Virus record (IMG/VR): IMGVR_UViG_3300020042_005156
Location: 1-27,544 of that record
DNA: 27,544 nucleotides
Source of the DNA: a virus
Lineage: Duplodnaviria > Caudoviricetes
Strand: one strand, 5' to 3'
Positions 1 to 7,189 of the stretch are shown in pieces. Made by a program: the position numbers and the translations under genes. Every line of letters begins with the position of its first letter. Position 1 is the stretch's first letter. The notes under the pieces are model-generated. The model ran no database searches and was not told the DNA's origin. It worked only from the letters and a program-made list of their open reading frames with translations.

Positions 1-1419
1 GAAGGCCGCAACGAGCTCAACAAATTGTTGGTTGGTGTAGAAAACGGCAGCGTCACATCAGAGCAGGTCGGTGCCAAGATTAAAGCCATGTCAGACGGCT
101 TCTTTCCTAAAGCGCTGGCAAGCAGTGACCCGGAAGCCTCAATTAAGTTTCGCGCCACTATGGCCACGCACGGCAACACCGTGCTCAACGCCGCCTACAA
201 GGCCGAGCTAGAAAGAGCCAAGAATCAGCGCATTGCCAAGTTTGACGCTGACTTTGACAACAGTATCAGATTGCTGGAGGCAACGGTATCGCAAGGCAGT
301 TTTACAGACTCAACCGGCCAAGTGCGATCTATTGATGAGCTCGCAGATGTGTTCCGCAAGAATGTGCTGACTCAATCCCTGCTGCTTGGCGACAAGGCTT
401 TGCAGACCGGCTACAGCACTAAGTTTGAGGTGGCACTGCGCACGGCAAAGGTCAACGCTGTAACCAAGGCGCTGATGTCTGATGCCAACATGGCTGACCC
501 AGAGAAGACGCTGGCCAAGCTAAAGGCTGGCGACCTAGGCAACATGAGCCCGGTGCTGCAATCCATAATCACCAATGACTTTGAGTCGGTGGCCAAGGTG
601 ACTGCCAACTTTATGGTGGCCGTCAACAACCGCAAGTCGATCAAGGATGCCAAGATAGCAGATGAGAAGCGGGTTACCGAGGGCCAGGCAATCAACCTGC
701 TTGAGCAGATCTTCCCGCTGCCGGAGAACAGCCCCAAGCGCAAAGCGCTGATTAGCGAGCTGATTGCTTTGCCACCGGGCTCGGTGCCTATTGGCATCCT
801 CAAAGATGTGCTAGAGCCAAAGCCAGCCAAAGAAGCTGAGTCCAACCAGGGCATCCTTTTCAATTTGATTGATGGCATCTACAACAACACCATTACCGAC
901 TCATCTCAGATCAAGGCATTGGTTGGCAAAGGCATCACCGGCAAAGATGCTGTATCGGCTCTTAAGCTGCTACAAAGCGACAACAAGAGCGACAGCTCTC
1001 AGCTTGAGCGCGGCATCTCCCAGCTTGCTGGCATCCCAGTAATCTCTGGCAGCGTGGTGGTGCTCGACCCCAAGGGCGATGAGTTTAAGCGCCGCAAAGA
1101 ACTGCAAGCCGAGGCATTTCAGATTCAGTCAGAGGCTGCACTTAAAGGCACAACCCTGTCGCCGCGCCAGATCTTGACCCAGCTTGAAGACAACATTGCC
1201 AAACGCCGGAGCAGTGCAGATGCCCAGGCCGCACAGAAGGCGCTGGCTGAGTTTGCCAAAGGCCCAGACGGCAAGTACAAGTCAGGCCGTGATTGGATCA
1301 CAGGGCCGGTGACTGAAGAAAATTTACCCGCCCTGCGTCAAAAGGCTGGCAATGATGCTGCCAAGATGCGACAAATTATTCAGCTTGAAGAGCTGCTCAA
1401 GAGAGCGCGAGGAAACTAA
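1..1419 (+). CDS. Putative internal virion (ejected/core) protein, 5'-truncated
   Basis: Frame is open from base 1 to TAA at 1417-1419. Long helical Ala/Lys/Leu-rich protein, first of three large genes before the tail fibre, the usual position of podovirus ejection proteins. Confidence 0.6.
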   Translation, partial: EGRNELNKLLVGVENGSVTSEQVGAKIKAMSDGFFPKALASSDPEASIKFRATMATHGNTVLNAAYKAELERAKNQRIAKFDADFDNSIRLLEATVSQGSFTDSTGQVRSIDELADVFRKNVLTQSLLLGDKALQTGYSTKFEVALRTAKVNAVTKALMSDANMADPEKTLAKLKAGDLGNMSPVLQSIITNDFESVAKVTANFMVAVNNRKSIKDAKIADEKRVTEGQAINLLEQIFPLPENSPKRKALISELIALPPGSVPIGILKDVLEPKPAKEAESNQGILFNLIDGIYNNTITDSSQIKALVGKGITGKDAVSALKLLQSDNKSDSSQLERGISQLAGIPVISGSVVVLDPKGDEFKRRKELQAEAFQIQSEAALKGTTLSPRQILTQLEDNIAKRRSSADAQAAQKALAEFAKGPDGKYKSGRDWITGPVTEENLPALRQKAGNDAAKMRQIIQLEELLKRARGN

Positions 1420-1421
1420 GC

Positions 1422-4277
1422 ATGGCCTACAGCCCTATTGAAGACAAGTACCTGTCGGCACTGACTGCCATGCAATTCCCGGATGAGCCGGTTGAGGTGG
1501 CCATGCCTGAGCAAACAGCCCCAGGCAGGCAACCTGGTGATGTGCTGCTGGCCGCTGGGCCCAGCACAACCATGACAGACGCAGGGCCGGGCGTGCGTAC
1601 TGGGCGCGGCGGCGTTCAATTACGGTCACCAAGCATGCGTGATATTACCGAGCCAGCCATGGGCATGGCCGATATGTTGGCGGCTACCGGCAAGGGTCTG
1701 GTTCAAGGCTTTGTTGGGTTGCCTGGCGAGGTTGAGGCAATTAGCTATGGCGTCAAGGAAATATTTAATCGCGGGGCTGGTGAGGGCATGCTAGATGCAT
1801 TCTTGCGCGGCTTTCAAGGCGGCACAATATTGCCGAAGACTGAAGAAGTCAAGAAGTGGCTGGATCAAAATGTCGGTACGGTTGGCGGTGGCAAGGTGCC
1901 GTATGAGTCTATTGGTGAAGTAGTTGCACCTGGTGGCCAAATCAAAGCTGTAAAAGCTGGTGCTGCTGGCGTAAAGGCTCTGGTCAGAGAAACAGGCTCT
2001 CAGCTTGACCGCGCCATGATGGAGGGCACCGGGCCTCTGTCGGGTCTGGTGCCGCCGGGTGCTCGGCCAATGTTCGCTGTTGATCCTGGGTCTGTGCAAT
2101 TAAACCGCCAAGAAAAAGCCGTGATCAGTGCTGGCGCTGGCCGCAAAAAACAAGTGCGAGAAGAAGCCACCAAACTTGCTACAGACATGAAGGCCAACTA
2201 TGCAGAAGCAGATGGTTGGGCACCAATTGAAATTAACAAGGTTGAGCAAAAACTTGACAAAGCAGGCAAGTTTGTAAAAGTTGAAATTGAGCCCAAGGCT
2301 ATATCGTATGACTTCCATACGCCGCCAGCAGATGTGCCGGTTGAGGCGTGGCAGGCCACAATGTCCTCGCGTGTTTTAGATGAGGTGCAGACCGTTGTTG
2401 ACAGAGCTGCTGCCGGTGATCAAGCCGCTCTAGATATCTTGGCAGAAGCCAGTTGGTATCGAACCATGCGCGACAGACTGCGCACAGAGTTTGGTGGCAT
2501 TGGTGATGTGTTTGCTGATGTCTTAGGTACAACCTCTGCGCAAACAGATGTGCGTCAAAACTTCAAGAACGCAGTGGCAGTTCTTACAAAGTTCAGCCGT
2601 GGCGATTACGACAAAACGCTGGCGGCTTACGAGTCAAGGGTCGCCAAGGGTCAGCCTGTTGACGCAAAAACACTGGGCGAATTAGATGCCGCTGGAACCT
2701 TTGATTTGATCAAAAGTGATGCTGGCAAGTTGTTCAACACAAACAGCCCGGCGACCATGGGCGCATTGCTGGACATGTTCCGCGCCATAAAGGCAGGTGA
2801 CTCTCCAAAGACGCCAAACTTCACAGGCAATTTGATTGGCCTGACCAATGAAGCAACCATCGATGTGTGGGCTGCTAGGATGCTGCGCCGATTGGCTGAC
2901 TTGCCAAGAATACCGCCACCGGCAGAAAAAGGTGTCGGCGGCGCACACACCAAAGGCTCAACATTATTTGAGCCACAAGTCAGTGGTGAGTTTGGGTTTG
3001 GCCAGGATGTGTTTAGAGAAGCGGCTGACGAAATCAACAAAAGCGGCATCATTAAAAACATTGCGCCAGACATTGGCGATCTTGGCCCAGATGACCTTCA
3101 AGCTGTTGCATGGTTCATTGAAAAAGAAAAGTGGACAAACAGCGGCTGGACAACAAAAGCCGGTGAAGGCGGCTCGCTTGATTACGAGATGTCTTTGGCG
3201 GGTGCGGCTGATCCAGGTCGCATCAGTGAGTTGCGCAAGGGGATCAACAAGTCATTCCAAGCTCCGGCACGGCGCAAGGGCGAATTGGAAATGGGCGAGC
3301 AGGCTTACGCATATCGGATGCAACCTTTGCGGAAGCAAGACCTTGAAAACAAAGAGGCCATGCGGCAAGAGCTTTTGCAGTCCAAAGCCAGCGTTGATCG
3401 GTACACGCTTGGCGTTTCTGGCGAGCGCCCAGACAAGCCAATGAGCAACTATGGCCAGGCCGAGCTGGCTGCTGAGTTTGATGATGTTGTTCGCAATGAC
3501 CCGAGTGTCGTTACCTACAATTTGTCAAACACTTATGGATCATTTATGGGCGGCACTGAACGAGCCCTTAACGCTGAGTTCATTACCAAACAGAACTTTG
3601 TGCCCACTGCGCTTGAGCGCCGCATGGTTGAGCAAGGCAAAGCCTACGACCAAGACGCTGTGTTTATTTCAAAAGTGGTCAAAGACAGCGCAGCACCAAA
3701 CGCTCGGCCAGGTGTGGAAATTTACTTTAAGGAAAAAATCACCCCTGAGAAAATGGCGGCTGTTACGGCAAAGCTGCGCGAATACGGTGTTGATGGGTTT
3801 ACCTATGTGACCGACATGCGCTTCAGTGACCGCATCAATGTGCAAGCCCGAGCTGGTGGCGCTGAGACTGCTGGCCTTAATGGCTTGCGTTTTCAGTACA
3901 TCCCAGAATTTGATGACGGATTTAATCAGGCCAATCGATCAGCAATAATGGCTGAAAAACAACGCTTGTTTGATAAAGTGGTTGAGGATATGATTGGCGA
4001 GGGAAATGTGTCTGATGCCCGTACCGTTTTCTATGACACAAAAGTCTATTTTAGGAGTGATTACGATGCTTACCTTGGAAGAACTACTCAAGGAGCGAGT
4101 GCAACGCCTGGGTCAAGATCATCCAGCGGTGCAGATGTTGCGCAACCAGATAACAGCGGAGAAGTCGGGAAAGACTTTTCAAGAGCTGTATCTGACCGGC
4201 TCCGTAAAAAAGCAGCCAGCAGCAAACCCGCAGCAGTAAACAGGGGCGGCACCGCTCCGCAATCTGGAGCTAAGTGA
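1422..4277 (+). CDS. Large multidomain internal virion protein (951 aa) with HhH-GPD glycosylase-like and SAM-lyase-like cargo domains
   Basis: ATG at 1422 after GAGGA. Gly/Ala-rich amphipathic N-terminus, then motifs TTSAQTDV, KTPNF...TIDVWAAR, LQAVAW (EndoIII-like) and YTLGVSGER...GSFMGGTE...YDQDAVF (SAMase-like). Lies between two other large virion genes. Confidence 0.7.
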   Translation: MAYSPIEDKYLSALTAMQFPDEPVEVAMPEQTAPGRQPGDVLLAAGPSTTMTDAGPGVRTGRGGVQLRSPSMRDITEPAMGMADMLAATGKGLVQGFVGLPGEVEAISYGVKEIFNRGAGEGMLDAFLRGFQGGTILPKTEEVKKWLDQNVGTVGGGKVPYESIGEVVAPGGQIKAVKAGAAGVKALVRETGSQLDRAMMEGTGPLSGLVPPGARPMFAVDPGSVQLNRQEKAVISAGAGRKKQVREEATKLATDMKANYAEADGWAPIEINKVEQKLDKAGKFVKVEIEPKAISYDFHTPPADVPVEAWQATMSSRVLDEVQTVVDRAAAGDQAALDILAEASWYRTMRDRLRTEFGGIGDVFADVLGTTSAQTDVRQNFKNAVAVLTKFSRGDYDKTLAAYESRVAKGQPVDAKTLGELDAAGTFDLIKSDAGKLFNTNSPATMGALLDMFRAIKAGDSPKTPNFTGNLIGLTNEATIDVWAARMLRRLADLPRIPPPAEKGVGGAHTKGSTLFEPQVSGEFGFGQDVFREAADEINKSGIIKNIAPDIGDLGPDDLQAVAWFIEKEKWTNSGWTTKAGEGGSLDYEMSLAGAADPGRISELRKGINKSFQAPARRKGELEMGEQAYAYRMQPLRKQDLENKEAMRQELLQSKASVDRYTLGVSGERPDKPMSNYGQAELAAEFDDVVRNDPSVVTYNLSNTYGSFMGGTERALNAEFITKQNFVPTALERRMVEQGKAYDQDAVFISKVVKDSAAPNARPGVEIYFKEKITPEKMAAVTAKLREYGVDGFTYVTDMRFSDRINVQARAGGAETAGLNGLRFQYIPEFDDGFNQANRSAIMAEKQRLFDKVVEDMIGEGNVSDARTVFYDTKVYFRSDYDAYLGRTTQGASATPGSRSSSGADVAQPDNSGEVGKDFSRAVSDRLRKKAASSKPAAVNRGGTAPQSGAK
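4066..4239 (+). CDS. Small overprinted protein (57 aa) nested out of frame in the 3' end of the 951-aa gene
   Basis: AGGAG at 4053-4057, ATG at 4066. Product MLTLEELLKERVQRLGQDHPAVQMLRNQITAEKSGKTFQELYLTG... looks helical and globular, while the host frame becomes low-complexity Ser/Gly/Ala over the same span. Confidence 0.55.
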   Translation: MLTLEELLKERVQRLGQDHPAVQMLRNQITAEKSGKTFQELYLTGSVKKQPAANPQQ

Positions 4278-7156
4278 TGGCCATTGAACAGAAGTCCCTT
4301 GATCAACGGCTTGGCCAGATCCTGCCCGGTGCCGCGCCCAGCACGCCTGCCGAAGACATCCCGCTGGAGCCCATGCCTGCGGCTGGCCCAGCCGACACAA
4401 CTGAGATGCCCGAGGTCGCTGAGATCGGCACCCCTTCCATGGAGGAGGGTGTCCAGGTCGCAGGCCCAATAGATGCCGCCCTGCGCAAGCTGATCACCCG
4501 GCAGGCCACCAAGGCCGAGCGCAACCTGGTGCCAGACGCTGCCCGAGCTCTGCCGGGCGAGCTGCCCGATGCTGCCAAGGCTGGCCGCTTTAAGCTGATC
4601 CCCGAGGCTGACCAAATCCTGACTGATGAGGTTGGCCGTGCGGTCAGTCGCAGGCAGACCTTTGGCATCACCGAGGGTAAACCCGGTGGTACACCTGACG
4701 AGCCGTTTAACCTGTCCCGCTACCAGACCGAGGATGCCGCTGCCATTGTGGGCGGCGTGGCTGATGCGCTGAACATTCGCACCAAGGCGGTCACCTTTCA
4801 AGAGATCAAGGACAAGGCCGCTGAGTCGGGCATTGGCGAGGCTTTCCTGTCCCGCCTGATTGGCACCGATGGCAAGATGATGGCCAACGCTGTCGAGACC
4901 TACAAAGCGCTGGAGGTGCTGGAGTCCAGCGCCAACGAGCTGGATCGCCTGTTTAAGATGGTCAACAGTGGAACAGCCACCGATGTGGACAAGCTGGTGC
5001 TGCGCCAGCAGATCGCCTTCCACGGCCTGATCCAGCGCGGTGTCAAGGGCATCCAGACCGAGACCGCCAGGTCGCTGGCTGTGTTTCGCATTCCCCGTGA
5101 TGGCAACGCTGCCATTGTGCGGCAAGTGATCGACGAATACGGTGGTGACAAAAGCCTGTCTGATCTGGCCAAGTCCTACCTGACATTGGAGTCTCGAGCT
5201 GAACAGAACAAGCTGGTTGAGAAGTCAATGATGTCGAGCGTGAAAGATGTGTGGTTTAGCACCTTCATCAACGGGCTGCTGTCGTCACCAAAAACACATG
5301 TTCTTAATATTGCATCAAACAGCAGTTTTGGTTTGTATCAAATACCAGAGCGTGCGGTTGCCTCTCTGTATTCAAAATATTTACCAGCAAGTGTGCGCGA
5401 GGGACGCATGCCCAATGTCATCACAAAATGGGGTGATCTTTTACCTGGTAGCGCTGACGAAAAAATTGCACTTGACGAAGCGTTGACCATGATCCAGTCG
5501 CTTCGCAATGGATTCTTTGAAGGATTGCAGTTGGCAAGCACTGCGTTTAGAAAGAATCAGCCCAGCGATCTGATGAGCAAGATTGAGGCACAGCGCGGCA
5601 ATACTGTCCCAGCGATCAGTTCCGCAGGTTTTGGCATTGAGCAGGACAAGTGGTTTGGCAAGGCCATCGACTACTATGGCGCGGCTGTCACCCTGCCGGG
5701 TCGGATGCTGTTAACTGAGGATGAGTTTTTTAAGGGCGTGCTCTATCGCATGGAGTTCAACACCTTGGTTACCCGGCGCAGCAAAAAGGTCTACCGCGAT
5801 TCGCTGGACGCTGGCATGCCAGAAGCAGATGCCTTGGCCAAGGCCGAGGCAGAGACCATCAGCCTATTTGAAAACCCGCCAAGAGATCTTGACGAAGCTG
5901 CATCCCTGTTTGCACAGAAGGGCACTTTTACTGCCGAGCTGCCGCCAGTGCTTAGATCATTGCAGAAAGCGTTTAGTAATCCTGTGCTGAAAATAATGCA
6001 GCCGTTTTTCAAAACACCCGCCAACATTGGTTTACAGGTTGTTGAGCGCAGTCCCTTTGCGCCGCTGTCAAGCCAGTGGCGTGAAGAGATCGCCAAGGGT
6101 GGCGTGTACCGCGACATGGCCTTAGCCAAGGTAACGCTGGGCAGCACCATCATGGCCACCTTTGCGCTGCTGGCTGCCGAGGGAAAAATTACCGGCAGCG
6201 GCCCGGCCAAAAAAGAAGATCGAGACGCGCTTGAGCGTACCGGATGGAAACCGTATTCATTCAAGCCAGGCGACACCTACTACAGCTATAGCGGTATGGA
6301 GCCCATCTCTGCAATGATTGGTATTGCCTCAGATTACAACGAGTACGCCCAGCGCGAAACGGACGACAGCAAGATTGAAGAAGTGTTTCTTGGTTCTGTC
6401 TTTGGCATGTATGAATACCTAGCAGAGCAGCCTTACTTGCAAGGCATTGCTGACATGGCTGCATTGCTTGGGTTTGGAAAAAAAGGTCAAGAGCTTGATA
6501 TTAAGAAAACAATTGACAATGCATTTAAGCAATTGGGCGGCTTTGTAATTGGCGGTTCACCGGCTGGTGTTTACAGCTCTTTGTTTGCTGCTACTGAGCG
6601 GATGGTCGATCCAACAAATCGTGACCCTCGCGCCAACCCAGAGTTGCCCATGGGTGTTCGCGGCTTTATGGAATCTTTTAATAGGTACAAATCACGCCTG
6701 CCTTATTTCAATGCAGACTTGCCAGAAGAATTAAATCTCTGGGGTGATCCAATGAAGTCGGGCACGGGTGCAGTTTATGAAATGTTTTTGCCAACCAAGG
6801 TTTCACCAGAGCAGTTTTCTGAAGTCGATGATTTACTTGTACGCATAATTTCACCAATAGGAAAACCAGATCGCAAGATCGATGGTGTTGAATTAAACGC
6901 AGTGCAATACAACCGATTGATCACGATCTACGGAAAAGAGCTGCCATCCAAAGATCAAATTCTTGCCACCATGCAGACACCTGGCTTTGACAGACTGTTG
7001 CGTAAAGACCAACAAAAGTATGTGCAAGGCGTGCATAGCAAATACATGGACATGGCAAGAAAACAACTACTTACAGAATATCCAGAGATACAAGTAAAAA
7101 TTGACGAGCGTGAAGAGTTAAAAAATGATCGCGTGAACTTTTACAAACCCGATTAA
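4277..7156 (+). CDS. Large internal virion protein (T7 gp16-like ejection protein), about 959 aa
   Basis: ATG overlaps the upstream stop (TGATG) after GGAG. Contains the GWKPYSF...YYSYSGMEP segment typical of the last podovirus internal virion protein; immediately precedes the tail fibre. Confidence 0.7.
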   Translation: MAIEQKSLDQRLGQILPGAAPSTPAEDIPLEPMPAAGPADTTEMPEVAEIGTPSMEEGVQVAGPIDAALRKLITRQATKAERNLVPDAARALPGELPDAAKAGRFKLIPEADQILTDEVGRAVSRRQTFGITEGKPGGTPDEPFNLSRYQTEDAAAIVGGVADALNIRTKAVTFQEIKDKAAESGIGEAFLSRLIGTDGKMMANAVETYKALEVLESSANELDRLFKMVNSGTATDVDKLVLRQQIAFHGLIQRGVKGIQTETARSLAVFRIPRDGNAAIVRQVIDEYGGDKSLSDLAKSYLTLESRAEQNKLVEKSMMSSVKDVWFSTFINGLLSSPKTHVLNIASNSSFGLYQIPERAVASLYSKYLPASVREGRMPNVITKWGDLLPGSADEKIALDEALTMIQSLRNGFFEGLQLASTAFRKNQPSDLMSKIEAQRGNTVPAISSAGFGIEQDKWFGKAIDYYGAAVTLPGRMLLTEDEFFKGVLYRMEFNTLVTRRSKKVYRDSLDAGMPEADALAKAEAETISLFENPPRDLDEAASLFAQKGTFTAELPPVLRSLQKAFSNPVLKIMQPFFKTPANIGLQVVERSPFAPLSSQWREEIAKGGVYRDMALAKVTLGSTIMATFALLAAEGKITGSGPAKKEDRDALERTGWKPYSFKPGDTYYSYSGMEPISAMIGIASDYNEYAQRETDDSKIEEVFLGSVFGMYEYLAEQPYLQGIADMAALLGFGKKGQELDIKKTIDNAFKQLGGFVIGGSPAGVYSSLFAATERMVDPTNRDPRANPELPMGVRGFMESFNRYKSRLPYFNADLPEELNLWGDPMKSGTGAVYEMFLPTKVSPEQFSEVDDLLVRIISPIGKPDRKIDGVELNAVQYNRLITIYGKELPSKDQILATMQTPGFDRLLRKDQQKYVQGVHSKYMDMARKQLLTEYPEIQVKIDEREELKNDRVNFYKPD

Positions 7157-7167
7157 ACCCGTACAAT
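7140..7167 (+). promoter_or_regulatory. Putative sigma70-type promoter for the tail fibre/lysis genes
   Basis: TTTACA (7140-7145), 16 bp spacer, TACAAT (7162-7167), upstream of an AAGGA RBS and ATG 7190. Confidence 0.45.
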
Positions 7168-7189
7168 TTCCATAAGCAAGGATTGAATC

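Noticed and set aside
2848-3810. Further alternative-frame plus-strand ORFs inside the 951-aa gene (2848-3444, 3451-3810)
   Set aside because: No convincing RBS, unnatural composition, and the main frame keeps enzyme-like motifs there, unlike the 4066-4239 case.
4088-5125. 345-aa minus-strand ORF
   Set aside because: Antisense shadow of a GC3-rich gene, with no RBS or recognisable motifs.
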